Shown one piece after another: positions 29,644 to 38,885 of a stretch of DNA of 64,000 bases. Source of the stretch: Escherichia coli (lineage in GTDB: Bacteria; Pseudomonadota; Gammaproteobacteria; Enterobacterales; Enterobacteriaceae); assembly GCF_048403405.1 (NCBI RefSeq), contig NZ_CP183131.1. The stretch is one strand, 5' to 3'. Numbering within the stretch: position 1 is the stretch's first letter; each line of letters begins with the position of its first letter. The translations under genes and the position numbers were made by a program. Under the pieces are notes generated by a model. That model searched no databases. It saw only the letters and a program-made list of their open reading frames with translations, and was not told the origin of the DNA.

Positions 29644-30030
29644 CTAGCTGCTACTCGACATCTGGTTGTCTTCGTATTGCTGCTTGGCCTGTTTCACCAG
29701 ATCAATGTCACCGTCTTGCAGCTTTTGAATATCAAGCTGTAGACGAGCCTTGTGTTTCAACAGTTCAGCGACCGCATTATCAATGTGATCAATGAGCGAT
29801 TGGTTTTTTTGGATGGTGTAACTGTTGAGTTCATCGAGCAGGGGCCATGCAACACTCGAATGAGTGTTGAGCAATGGGTACTCTGCTTCGATCTCACAAA
29901 CCACACCGTTTGCTCCTTCTCTGTAATGAGGGAACCCGACACGCAGACCGATACGACGATCCAGCGCTGCATTTACAGTACATTCCAAAGAAGTTCGGTT
30001 TGAAAAAACATCGTTGACGTTTTTAGACAT
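29644..30030 (-). CDS. hypothetical protein (128 aa)
   Basis: First cistron of unit F. The IS3-family element inserted directly after its stop codon, at the GAA duplicated as the TSD. Confidence 0.65.
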   Translation of the reverse strand: MSKNVNDVFSNRTSLECTVNAALDRRIGLRVGFPHYREGANGVVCEIEAEYPLLNTHSSVAWPLLDELNSYTIQKNQSLIDHIDNAVAELLKHKARLQLDIQKLQDGDIDLVKQAKQQYEDNQMSSSS

Positions 30031-30091
30031 GCTATATCTCCGTTCAGTTTATGACGGAGCCCCCCTAACAGGAGGTGCTCCCGTCAGGGTT
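30031..30091 (-). promoter_or_regulatory. leader RNA switch (ACGGGAG / CUCCGU / ACGGAG)
   Basis: Sense AACCCUGACGGGAGCACCUCCUGUUAGGGGGGCUCCGUCAUAAACUGAACGGAGAUAUAGCAUG. Confidence 0.6.
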
Positions 30092-30098
30092 GATAATT

Positions 30099-30148
30099 TG
30101 CTGTTTGTTTTTGGCAGCCAGCTACCGCACTTGAGCGCCTAAGGCACT
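30099..30148 (-). promoter_or_regulatory. P1-P2 leader element, copy F (best ops match GCGGTAGC)
   Basis: Sense AGUGCC-UUA-GGCGCUCAAGUGCGG-UAGCUGG-CUGCCAAAAACAAACAGCA. Confidence 0.65.
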
Positions 30149-30262
30149 TTCCGAAGCACCCTGGGAAACCGAGATGCTTGGGAAAGCGCGGGGTTTCCCC
30201 CTGCGCTGATTACCCTTTTTAAGGGGCCGGTACGCCGATTTCTCGGCGCACTCAGGTTGAAG

Positions 30263-30817
30263 CTACACAGTCAAGAACCAACGTTTCATAGGGACGGTGA
30301 TGTCTATCATCCCGTTTCCACATGGATTCTGGCCCCAGAATCTGTAGGTCGTCTCATAGAAGTCAAACTCAGACAAGGACTGAATCTGCGCTTCTGAGAT
30401 CGGCTCAAATGGTCCACCGCAACCGATGTGCATATTGAGCCCATAATCTCGAAGCTCTAGCTCTCCGAGATTTAGCGTCTTCCCGCCCACACAAGCAACC
30501 AAGTTCTGGTTTCTGACGTCGCCTTCTTTGAACAGCAAAGCTGACTCATCGTAGCTCCCATATTGGTTGGTAAACTTCACAATATGCCCGTGCTTAGGTG
30601 AGGTTTGTTCCGACAACTCTTTCAGTAATCGCTTTACGCTTTGAAATCTCGCGTACAGAGCTGGCGTAAACTGCCCAGAGTAGTTCAAGTTTGGGCAGAT
30701 CATTTCAAGCATCTCATCAGGTACAGATTCAAGCCCCATTTGCGCGGCCAATGGCTTCGCCTTTTTCAGACCTTCCTCAAGCACTCTCTGATTTACAAGT
30801 TGTTCTAATGTGTTCAT
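30263..30817 (-). CDS. hypothetical protein (184 aa)
   Basis: Start MNTLEQLV after GGAGAG. Last cistron of unit E, followed by two GC hairpins. Confidence 0.65.
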   Translation of the reverse strand: MNTLEQLVNQRVLEEGLKKAKPLAAQMGLESVPDEMLEMICPNLNYSGQFTPALYARFQSVKRLLKELSEQTSPKHGHIVKFTNQYGSYDESALLFKEGDVRNQNLVACVGGKTLNLGELELRDYGLNMHIGCGGPFEPISEAQIQSLSEFDFYETTYRFWGQNPCGNGMIDITVPMKRWFLTV

Positions 30818-30890
30818 TTGACTCTCCACTTTCGAGAGAGCAATGCAAGCCGTCTCCGGACTTACATTGCCCGTTAACGGCTTTATTGGT

Positions 30891-31322
30891 TTATCCCAAG
30901 AGGTACGGAGCTACGCCAGTCAGGAAGCCCATGACTCCCAACACAGCGCCAACCACGCCCAATTTGATTGACAGTTGGACACTTTGATCCGGATGGTTCC
31001 AGAACCACTGCCAGACTTCCCAGCGCCTGGCTCTGCGAACCTCAAGATTTACAGTGTCTTTAAAACGAACACCCAGAGCATCTACCGCATCGTAATCCAG
31101 CGCGACCGCCAGCTTTGTGATGGATAAATTCCCAGGGTTGCCCATCGCATACCGGAGAACCTTTGCTTTGGTCTCTGGGTTTACGATCATAACCGGCTCC
31201 CTCCTGAAAAAACGGGTCTTGTCTTTTCGCTTGGAATCCATGTTGCGGTTATGGAACCTGGCAATGCAGTGTTGAAGGCCTGAATCCTCGGGAGGTAAAG
31301 GCACAACAGTTTCGATTTTCAT
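30891..31322 (-). CDS. hypothetical protein with C-terminal TM anchor (143 aa)
   Basis: Start MKIETVV after AAGGAGAG. C-terminus is LGVVGAVLGVMGFLTGVAPYLLG. Confidence 0.6.
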   Translation of the reverse strand: MKIETVVPLPPEDSGLQHCIARFHNRNMDSKRKDKTRFFRREPVMIVNPETKAKVLRYAMGNPGNLSITKLAVALDYDAVDALGVRFKDTVNLEVRRARRWEVWQWFWNHPDQSVQLSIKLGVVGAVLGVMGFLTGVAPYLLG

Positions 31323-31382
31323 GATTACTCTCCTTTCGGATAGGCCGGAGCAAAGGCCTTTCGGCATTGCCCCGGTGAGTTA

Positions 31383-33008
31383 CTAATGAACCAAAGATGA
31401 AGTGACCATGATTGCGTCTCCGGACATCATTACCGGGAGATATTCGCAAGGCTCATGGCCGCAGCTCTTTTTAGTTCCGTTAGGTGAATAGACAGCCAAT
31501 TGACCATCCATAATGTTGAAGGGCATCCCCTGTTTTTTCGCTGCCGGTGACAGCTTGAGAGTGCCCTTTGCGTCAACCAATGCCGTTGCCCAATGGAAGT
31601 CTTCACCACCGATCACCGGCTGTGATTCATCCACGACTTCGACCATGATTGGCATCATTCCAACCCAGCTCCACAGGCTGTTCCCTAATGCGAGGGCTAA
31701 AGCCTCGAACGCGGGAAAGACTACCGATTGCCCGAGAATCTGGTGGGCAATAGTGTCCGACAGACCTTGGATGAGTTCCTCTGGTATCCCTTTCACTCGA
31801 CAATGTTCTGTCGGTGTAAAGATGCGAGACAACTCCGGCTGTTCTGGATGAACAATGAAAGGTTCGGTACTTCTGCATTTTGCATAGTCCTTACCTATGG
31901 TGCCGCAAAACTCATCGTCGCCAGTCAGAAGCTGGCGAGAGAACCCCTTGCCAGCAGCTTTGTCTCTCAACTCCTTCTCAGCCAGATAGTCAAATGACTT
32001 CCAACGTTCAGAATCGAGCGGAACTGGCTCCAGGATGTCCTGTATGCGACTTTCCTTGGTGCGAACAGGCTGAACCTTCTCAAGTTCAAACCCGTCGATC
32101 CCGTGGGAAAGCGCAACAACACAAAGACGCTTGCGGCGCTCAATAACCCCAAACTCATTGCCGTCGAGAATGCGCTCTTGTAGGGAGTAACCCAACGAAG
32201 AGAGCACCGAACGAATCACTTCCATCGAAGCGGTGTTCTGGTACTCAGGCACGTTCTCAATCAGCACAACGGCTGGGTTTAGCGCTTCTACGAATTGCAG
32301 GAAGTTGAAGAACATGGCACCTGCCGCCTCATGCGATTCGGCAAACTCCAACTTGTTCTTACTGCGACCTGACTTTGACGCGCCGGTACACGGTATGCCC
32401 CCCATCAAAACATCCACCTGTGGTGGGCGTTTGCTGAGATTCACAGCCTGGATTGGCGATTCGATAACAATAGAATCTTCGTTCCAAAGCTCCGGGTTAT
32501 TTGCCAAAGACGAATCGAGATATTTCCCTTCCATCTCCACGGCCACAGATATGGCACTGGCAATTCCCGCCTTGTGAAAACCGGCGTGAATCGCTTTATC
32601 AAGCACACCACCCCCATGAAAGAGGCTGCATACCGAAAGCGATTCTCCATTCTCCAGCTTACTGATAAGCCGGTTGACGCGCTCGATCACTCGCTCTTGT
32701 TGATGGTGAGCAGAGATCACAATTGCGCCGTTACGGATGAACACGCGGAGCATCTCTACACCGTCAAAAACGGTAGCAAGCTCCTGCACGGTCAGATCGA
32801 TGATTGGAGACACCCGGCCATTGCGCTCGCGCTTACTGATGGTGAACTTACCCTCCTCTTTGACGCGAAGCACAACCTGGGAATCTTTCAGCTCCAGATC
32901 ATACTTCATGCCAGGATAGTAACCTTCACGCAGTAGCTTTTGGCCTTCCAGCCAGACGCGCTTCTTGCCTCGATGTTCTCCTAACTTGGTGTTTACGATA
33001 GTAGCCAT
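31383..33008 (-). CDS. dcm: DNA (cytosine-5)-methyltransferase with N-terminal extra domain
   Basis: Motif I LFHGGGV, motif IV GGIPCTGASKSG, motif VI LIENVPEY, motif VIII ERRKR. No cognate endonuclease is adjacent. Confidence 0.88.
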   Translation of the reverse strand: MATIVNTKLGEHRGKKRVWLEGQKLLREGYYPGMKYDLELKDSQVVLRVKEEGKFTISKRERNGRVSPIIDLTVQELATVFDGVEMLRVFIRNGAIVISAHHQQERVIERVNRLISKLENGESLSVCSLFHGGGVLDKAIHAGFHKAGIASAISVAVEMEGKYLDSSLANNPELWNEDSIVIESPIQAVNLSKRPPQVDVLMGGIPCTGASKSGRSKNKLEFAESHEAAGAMFFNFLQFVEALNPAVVLIENVPEYQNTASMEVIRSVLSSLGYSLQERILDGNEFGVIERRKRLCVVALSHGIDGFELEKVQPVRTKESRIQDILEPVPLDSERWKSFDYLAEKELRDKAAGKGFSRQLLTGDDEFCGTIGKDYAKCRSTEPFIVHPEQPELSRIFTPTEHCRVKGIPEELIQGLSDTIAHQILGQSVVFPAFEALALALGNSLWSWVGMMPIMVEVVDESQPVIGGEDFHWATALVDAKGTLKLSPAAKKQGMPFNIMDGQLAVYSPNGTKKSCGHEPCEYLPVMMSGDAIMVTSSLVH

Positions 33009-33085
33009 GAGCTCTCTCCTTTCGGTTGAGAGGCCACTACCGTCCCAATCGGGAAGTAATGGCCCCGATGGGTTTAAAGTGGTTC

Positions 33086-33388
33086 TCAGTTCACAGCGAT
33101 GCCGTGAGACTGAATGGCATTAGCAAAGCCAGCCATTTGTTCAGGGAAGGTGTAGCGGTTGATGTCCTGGCTGCGAGCCAGATTGACATGCACCTTCTTC
33201 ACCTTCGTTTCGTCAGAGTCGTACTTTTCAAGCGCCAGCTTCTCAGCTTCTTCCGGATCTCGGCCCAGCGAGTAGGCGTAAATCACAGAGGTGAAGCCAA
33301 GTCCTGAGCCGAATGCGTAGACTTGTTTCTCGAAATGGACGTCAGCGAAATAGATGCTGAATCCGGATTTGAGGTTATGTTTTTCCAT
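33086..33388 (-). CDS. hypothetical protein (100 aa)
   Basis: Start MEKHNLKS after GGAGUGCAUC. This 5' UTR is shared with the genes starting at 42044 and 46879. Confidence 0.6.
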   Translation of the reverse strand: MEKHNLKSGFSIYFADVHFEKQVYAFGSGLGFTSVIYAYSLGRDPEEAEKLALEKYDSDETKVKKVHVNLARSQDINRYTFPEQMAGFANAIQSHGIAVN

Positions 33389-33465
33389 GATGCACTCCAA
33401 ATAGTTTGGGGGCGCACCACGTCCCGAACCGGGCGGATGCACCCGGTTTAGGGTTAGTAGATTGC

Positions 33466-33810
33466 TCAAGCTGTTACGCCAGCCTGAGCCTTTATTGCTT
33501 CAAGCACGATCTCTGCTTCCTTGATAGAACCAGTGCTGTACAGCTTATGCAGCACCCGGCCAAGGTTCACAGAGATCTTTTCTTTCACTTGGAGATACTT
33601 GACATAGAAGTCATACAGTTTCTCCGCCTGCTCAAGGTGGGACATGCTCTCAACGGGAATGGTATTCCCTGGATTGCAGTACCACTTTCCGAGCACCTTT
33701 TGTACAAATCCCTCTTTGTCTCCTACGAACTGATTTGTGCCAAACACCCCACTGGTTGGTGAGCGTTGAATAACAGAAATCGGATTCGCAAAGCTGGCAA
33801 GAGTAGTCAT
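33466..33810 (-). CDS. hypothetical protein (114 aa)
   Basis: Start MTTLASF after GGAGCC. First cistron of unit E. Confidence 0.6.
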   Translation of the reverse strand: MTTLASFANPISVIQRSPTSGVFGTNQFVGDKEGFVQKVLGKWYCNPGNTIPVESMSHLEQAEKLYDFYVKYLQVKEKISVNLGRVLHKLYSTGSIKEAEIVLEAIKAQAGVTA

Positions 33811-33880
33811 AGTTGTGGCTCCATGTTTGTCAGGGAACCACCAGCCCGAGGGGCAGTGATCCCCCAAGGGTTATGTAGAA

Positions 33881-33939
33881 TGCTGTTTGTTTGGGGAGGC
33901 CAGCTACCTCACTATTCACTCTCGACAGAGAGCAAAATC
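33881..33939 (-). promoter_or_regulatory. P1-P2 leader element, copy E
   Basis: Sense GAUUUUGCUCUC-UGUC-GAGAGUGAAUAGUGAGG-UAGCUGG-CCUCCCCAAACAAACAGCA. Confidence 0.65.
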
Positions 33940-33959
33940 TTGCTTTCCGAGGGGCACAA

Positions 33960-33977
33960 ACTTTCACATGTGAAAGT
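33960..33977. promoter_or_regulatory. 18-bp perfect palindrome ACTTTCACATGTGAAAGT
   Basis: The same 14-16-bp core recurs at 8385-8398 and 49356-49371, and in degenerate form at 8829-8842. Confidence 0.6.
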
Positions 33978-34001
33978 CGATGCCACTGGGAAAGCAGGGG
34001 G

Positions 34002-34355
34002 TTAACCCCCCGCTTTAACCCGCGCTAAGCGGTTTAGGATAGACTTCACGCCTTCCCTTACTCCAGATGGATCGTAACCTGCTTCATCGCAGCAGACCAC
34101 AAATGAGAATGGATGTACCTCATCGGACATCACCCAAGCCATCGTTTCCTGCTTGATTTCACTTCCAGCTCGACCATCAGCAAGGACTCTAAGGCTATGC
34201 CATAAAAGCCCATCACGTAACTGCCTTACCTCATCATCAGTCCATTCAGGCTTTGGCTCAAATGGAATGACTTCTGCGGTCTTCGGCTCTTCATCCAGGA
34301 AGAAAAGCGGCAGCTCAAGCTGGTTTTCCTTCTGGATCATCTTCACTGCATTCAT
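34002..34355 (-). CDS. hypothetical protein (117 aa)
   Basis: Start MNAVKMIQ after AAGGAG. Last cistron of unit D. Confidence 0.6.
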   Translation of the reverse strand: MNAVKMIQKENQLELPLFFLDEEPKTAEVIPFEPKPEWTDDEVRQLRDGLLWHSLRVLADGRAGSEIKQETMAWVMSDEVHPFSFVVCCDEAGYDPSGVREGVKSILNRLARVKAGG

Positions 34356-34423
34356 GGTGACTCCTTTTACGGGCACCATGCCCCCACAGGGGCATGAAGC
34401 CCCCAGTGGGGTTACAGTCATAG

Positions 34424-34615
34424 TTACTTCACGCCTGCCAGTTGAGAATTGATGTTCTCTTCCAGCCAGCCTTGAAGCGATTCAAGGTCACGTTTGTCTT
34501 CCGTATTGCTGGCTTTACGTGCATCTTCCGACACAGCGCTCAACATGGCGTTAGCCTCAGCAAGTGATTCAACATTGTTCCCAGGGAACACAATCGTTTG
34601 ACTGTGATCTTTCAT
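34424..34615 (-). CDS. hypothetical protein (63 aa)
   Basis: Start MKDHSQT after AAGGAG. Confidence 0.55.
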   Translation of the reverse strand: MKDHSQTIVFPGNNVESLAEANAMLSAVSEDARKASNTEDKRDLESLQGWLEENINSQLAGVK

Positions 34616-34672
34616 GGTCTTCTCCTTTGAGAATGGAGGACCGTCTCCCATCAGGAAGAGCGGCCCCGTGGG

Positions 34673-34948
34673 TTAAAAGTAAAAATCCTCCAGCTCTTCA
34701 TGGTCAGGCTTTCGCTCAACTGGTCGAAGCAACTCAGCTTCATCAGCGAACTCAAGCTCAGGATGAAAAGCAGGATGAAATCCTCGATGCCAGACTGGAC
34801 GGTCATTATCGAGGTCTAAGTAGCAGTGCCTCCCACTGGCTGGGTGATAGCAGTAAAGCCACTGTCTACCACTAACGGTAAACGGCTTCTCTGCACCTCC
34901 ACATGCCGGTACAAGGTTATCTGCTGCTATATGCGCTACAGCATCCAT
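34673..34948 (-). CDS. hypothetical protein (91 aa) with acidic di-aromatic C-terminus ..EELEDFYF
   Basis: Start MDAVAHI follows GAGGA, 4 nt after the upstream stop. Confidence 0.55.
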   Translation of the reverse strand: MDAVAHIAADNLVPACGGAEKPFTVSGRQWLYCYHPASGRHCYLDLDNDRPVWHRGFHPAFHPELEFADEAELLRPVERKPDHEELEDFYF

Positions 34949-34952
34949 AGGA

Positions 34953-35405
34953 TCAGTCCTCATCTTCGTCATCACGAACACAAAGATCACGAGCAACTAT
35001 TTCCGCAGCTATCAACGCATAATCGTTGCCCTGCCAGAACCACCGCTCCGCCAGCTCATAGGCTTCGCTGGAAGGTTCGCCATAACCATGAGCCACCACG
35101 TAATCGTGGAACACTTCATGATCAAATGCCTTGCCATCAGCTTCCATGAACCAACCGACAGGGCACTCCAGAATGCGATGCCTTACGACATCTCGCTCTG
35201 AATACCCCTCTCTGACGGCTTGCTCCAACATTTCCCGCGACATACCAGGAGGAGTGATGATCTCTATGCTGATCCCGTCACTTCCTGCAAGATTGTCCTC
35301 GTATGGAAGACCGGCAAGTGTAAGGTGATTGCGCTTGCACCAGCCGATGGTCCGAAGTATCCGACTTTTGTCAGACTCCCTGGCCGTGTATCGGTTAAGC
35401 TGCAT
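34953..35405 (-). CDS. hypothetical protein (150 aa), C-terminus DDEDED
   Basis: Start MQLNRYT after GGAGG. Overlaps the end of the upstream gene. Confidence 0.6.
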   Translation of the reverse strand: MQLNRYTARESDKSRILRTIGWCKRNHLTLAGLPYEDNLAGSDGISIEIITPPGMSREMLEQAVREGYSERDVVRHRILECPVGWFMEADGKAFDHEVFHDYVVAHGYGEPSSEAYELAERWFWQGNDYALIAAEIVARDLCVRDDEDED

Positions 35406-35784
35406 AGCCACCTCCAGCACACTCCCCATCTTCGATTTCACTTCCGAGCTCGACCATTCCAATCAGGTCAAGCTGGGTCATGTCCGAATCCAGAGAGCAG
35501 TCAATTGCTGACTGAATGATGCCTTTGTGGGCCAAGCCTAAAACGGACTTAATAGTCGAAAGCAGAGACTCGGCTTCGCTCTCGATTTGCTCCAGAATGT
35601 CTTTCCATTCCCAGTGCTCAAACGGTTGCCAAACGACCAGATCCTCAGGCTCGTCTCCCCGTTCGACACACTCAGACAAATACTCATAAGCCTTGCACCA
35701 ATTCTCTTGTTGGCCCAGTTCACTGAGCACTAGAGCGGTAGCATGACCGTATGCGATTTGTTCAACTTTGGTATTGATAGACAT
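35395..35784 (-). CDS. acidic hypothetical protein (129 aa)
   Basis: GAGGAG SD. Strongly acidic composition, so a DNA-mimic or anti-restriction role is speculative. Confidence 0.6.
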   Translation of the reverse strand: MSINTKVEQIAYGHATALVLSELGQQENWCKAYEYLSECVERGDEPEDLVVWQPFEHWEWKDILEQIESEAESLLSTIKSVLGLAHKGIIQSAIDCSLDSDMTQLDLIGMVELGSEIEDGECAGGGYAA

Positions 35785-35845
35785 AGTGTTTCTCCTCGTA
35801 ATGGATAGAGGAGCCCCACCCGCAGGAAAGGCTCCTCCGGATGGG

Positions 35846-36070
35846 TTAAATTTCCAAGGTCACATCGGTTTTTGCTTTAGCGCAGCAAACCAACACTTCC
35901 CCTTCTTTGACAAATGCGATGGGCGTCTCGTCATAGGCCACTTGACCTTCGAGTAGACGAACCCGGCACATGCCACAAAAGCCACTGCGACAATGCGTTT
36001 CAACAGTGAGGCCTTTGCTTTCGATTTGCGCCAACAGCACATTGTTGCTGGCTTGAAGTTGTACGTTCAT
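35846..36070 (-). CDS. 2Fe-2S ferredoxin (YfaE-like, 74 aa)
   Basis: Cys pattern CRSGFCGMC..VLVCC. AAGGAG lies 7 nt before the ATG. Confidence 0.75.
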   Translation of the reverse strand: MNVQLQASNNVLLAQIESKGLTVETHCRSGFCGMCRVRLLEGQVAYDETPIAFVKEGEVLVCCAKAKTDVTLEI

Positions 36071-36135
36071 GGTCACGCTCCTTTGTTGTTGATGAGCGCG
36101 ACCAATCCCCTCCGGGATGTCACGCCCCGGTTGGG

Positions 36136-37020
36136 CTACTCAGCAAGTGCATAGACACCTACCTCGATGCGAATAAAGAACCTGGCATCTTGAAGAACTT
36201 GCCTGACCTTTGCTTGCCAGTGGTTGTTCTCTCGATGCTTTGCGTAGGGTTCAATCTCTTTGTAAATCTGCTCCAGCTTCAACGTTTTCCCCTGTAGGGT
36301 TCGGCGTATTGCAGCTTTCCACGTAGTCGAAACCATATTGGTTGCTCGACGGTGTACGGCAGCAAGAAGACAGAGCGATGAGGCAACGTCGTTACGACGA
36401 AACACCAACAGCTTTTCATGGGCGATACGCACCAGCTTCCCGGAATACTGAGTTCGGTCACTCACACAGTTGTGCTGTGTTTTGATGATCTCATCCACCA
36501 GCTTCCCAGGTGCGATACGTTCCACAAGGCTGGACAGGTTGAAATAATCCCCATCGCGCCTCAGGTTTCCCATGAGGATTCCGTAATGCCCTCCTCGCTC
36601 ACAGGCGTCATGAATATTCATAACGGCCAGCTCAAGGGCTTCAACGAACTCAGGCAAATTCATGCGGCTCATATCCCATTTGTTGGGCTCGCCCCACTGC
36701 TTACCTGAATACTGGATCATGTCCCAGTAAGGAGGGTGCCACCAGATCAGGTGTGCAGGCTCTCCGAGGAACGAAAGGAAGTCATCCCGCAACAGGTTGA
36801 ACCCCTGATGCAAGTCTGTCCCTTTGAAACGGACACCAAGTTCATTGGCAACGTCGATGCTAGAGCCACCCCCAACACTTGGGTCTGCCACCAGCCCGTT
36901 CGGCTTTCTCATGTAAGACTCAATGAAGTCTTTAACGATAAAGCCCGAGCAGTTGCCTCGGTACTTGTTGTTTCCGTAAGGCCCCCTGTTTTCGTAGGAG
37001 CATACTGATGATTTGAACAT
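36136..37020 (-). CDS. DNA N6-adenine/N4-cytosine methyltransferase (orphan)
   Basis: AdoMet motif ADPSVGGGSS and catalytic HPPY. No nuclease partner. Confidence 0.8.
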   Translation of the reverse strand: MFKSSVCSYENRGPYGNNKYRGNCSGFIVKDFIESYMRKPNGLVADPSVGGGSSIDVANELGVRFKGTDLHQGFNLLRDDFLSFLGEPAHLIWWHPPYWDMIQYSGKQWGEPNKWDMSRMNLPEFVEALELAVMNIHDACERGGHYGILMGNLRRDGDYFNLSSLVERIAPGKLVDEIIKTQHNCVSDRTQYSGKLVRIAHEKLLVFRRNDVASSLCLLAAVHRRATNMVSTTWKAAIRRTLQGKTLKLEQIYKEIEPYAKHRENNHWQAKVRQVLQDARFFIRIEVGVYALAE

Positions 37021-37093
37021 GGCGTCCTCCATCATAGATGGGGCGCACCATGCTCCCATCAGGGGCCGGTTCGCCCCTGGTTAGGGATTAAGA

Positions 37094-37594
37094 TCAAGCG
37101 TTATCTGCATACCACCAGCTAAGGCGATTGCAATCACGAAAGAAGGTTGCTTCATCAGGAGCCTTCATCATGACCACATCACCTTCGCAGTAGGTGCATA
37201 GCTCAAGCGTTGCTTCATTTTTCCAAAAGGCACTGCACCCCGATTCTTGATACACAACCTCCCATTTGGGATGTCGCAAGTACCGATGGAAGAAATCGAG
37301 AGTGTCACCATAAGGGAAGTTGAAGCGCTCCATCACTGAACCATTTTCTGTCAGTTCAGGTTTAACCTTGCCGGTTTTCAAGCGCTTCTTGATGATGCGC
37401 TGAACCCAACGAAGTCGTGCAAACAGCCGATTGGTGTCTTTCTCGTACCACTGGGGATTACGCTTGCTCCAGTAGAGCTTGGCGAAGATTTCCCCGGACA
37501 AATCCTTCATCTGGTTTTCGTTGAGCTCATCAAGAAAACGTCGAGAAGGTTTGTCGTAGTCAAGAACTGCTTCCAAAGCTGATAGGTTTTTCAT
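37094..37594 (-). CDS. hypothetical protein (166 aa)
   Basis: AAGGAG SD. No family recognised. Confidence 0.65.
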   Translation of the reverse strand: MKNLSALEAVLDYDKPSRRFLDELNENQMKDLSGEIFAKLYWSKRNPQWYEKDTNRLFARLRWVQRIIKKRLKTGKVKPELTENGSVMERFNFPYGDTLDFFHRYLRHPKWEVVYQESGCSAFWKNEATLELCTYCEGDVVMMKAPDEATFFRDCNRLSWWYADNA

Positions 37595-37684
37595 AGGGAC
37601 TCCTTATTGCGATTGCGGAGCCCCGTCCCCTCAGGGCTATCGGAGCCCCATAGGGTTAATTAGGGTTAATGGTTGAACGGCGAT

Positions 37685-38224
37685 TTATCGAGGGTTGGTG
37701 AATCGAATGGCTTTACCAACGAAATCGGCCATCAGTCGATTCCCAGTAGAGCTGAAATAGCTCTGCCACTCTTTCCAACCACCAACGGATTCCACCGAGC
37801 TTGGAGACTCGAAGATACCCCAGATACGCATTTCACAACCTCGTTGCAACACTCGGTTTACCTGGTCAACCAAGTATTCCTTGTTCTGCAATGAAGAGAG
37901 GTTGCAAGGCATCTGCATGATCAGCTTTTCAGCTTGCTCGAAGTCGATTTTTTCAATCAACCCCGTGCGGGTATCCACAGAGAATGGAACCACCTGTTGA
38001 CCGTGGTTAGACCACAACCAATGGGTGATATAGATCGGATTAACGCCAACTTCCGCTGGCACCAATACGCTGCCGCAAGACCGCAACAGCCAGACCAGAC
38101 GTAAACCATCGAATCGATCCAGAGACTCCACATCGGTAGTGATGTCATCCTGGTAGATTTCAGGCAGCTTATGTTCGGCGGCGAGAGAGATCATTACGGA
38201 TTTGAGATTGTTCAGATGAGACAT
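37685..38224 (-). CDS. hypothetical protein (179 aa)
   Basis: AAGGAG SD. First cistron of unit D. Confidence 0.65.
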   Translation of the reverse strand: MSHLNNLKSVMISLAAEHKLPEIYQDDITTDVESLDRFDGLRLVWLLRSCGSVLVPAEVGVNPIYITHWLWSNHGQQVVPFSVDTRTGLIEKIDFEQAEKLIMQMPCNLSSLQNKEYLVDQVNRVLQRGCEMRIWGIFESPSSVESVGGWKEWQSYFSSTGNRLMADFVGKAIRFTNPR

Positions 38225-38294
38225 GTGTGCTCCTTAAAGTAACTTGGGCACACAGAGCCTGTCAGGCGCAGTGCGCCCTTAGGCTGAGGTTGAA

Positions 38295-38352
38295 TGCTGT
38301 TTGTTTTTGGCGACCAGCTATCGCACGTTTCGCCCTCAGAGAGGACAAAATT
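38295..38352 (-). promoter_or_regulatory. P1-P2 leader element, copy D
   Basis: Sense AAUUUUGUCCUC-UCU-GAGGGCGAAACGUGCGA-UAGCUGG-UCGCCAAAAACAAACAGCA. Confidence 0.65.
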
Positions 38353-38444
38353 CACTTTCTCAGCAACCCTCAATGAAGGCCTCTGAGAAAGTGGGAGGGT
38401 ATTCCCTCCTCACTTTGATTGTTCCACGAGAGCTGTGTGAACAG

Positions 38445-38473
38445 GAACGCTCAAACTGCCCTTTTCGGGTGCA
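38445..38473 (-). promoter_or_regulatory. AcaCD/SetCD-type activator box candidate (unit D promoter)
   Basis: Sense TGCACCCGAAAAGGGCAGTTTGAGCG. Confidence 0.45.
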
Positions 38474-38488
38474 AAGCTCAAAGACGCA

Positions 38489-38824
38489 TCAACTGCCCCG
38501 TCTTTTCAGTTCTTCGACCAGATGTTCAGGCACCTTACTCGCAGTACAGGCCAGCAATACATCGAGGCCTACCGGCTTGTGAAAGCGCTTATTTGACCAG
38601 GAATCGCCAACTGATGACTTTGCCCAGTCGATTGCTTGCCCAAGACTGTGGAACTGCCGCCTGCCTGTGTATCCCATACGACTATCCAAAGTAACACCCT
38701 GGAACAGTCTCCAGTACATCGGAGGAATGCGCTTAGCAAGCAGTAAAAAAGGCGTCTCCGGCACTGTAGCCCTTCTACCTTTGTTCCGATGATACAAATC
38801 CAAAGATGAATGGAATTGGTTCAT
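38489..38824 (-). CDS. hypothetical protein (111 aa)
   Basis: GGAGAG SD preceded by a terminator-like hairpin. Confidence 0.6.
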   Translation of the reverse strand: MNQFHSSLDLYHRNKGRRATVPETPFLLLAKRIPPMYWRLFQGVTLDSRMGYTGRRQFHSLGQAIDWAKSSVGDSWSNKRFHKPVGLDVLLACTASKVPEHLVEELKRRGS

Positions 38825-38885
38825 AGACTCTCCAAATAAAAACGGCCACCCCCGAAGGGATAGCCGTTTGTCGTTTCACTTCCTG

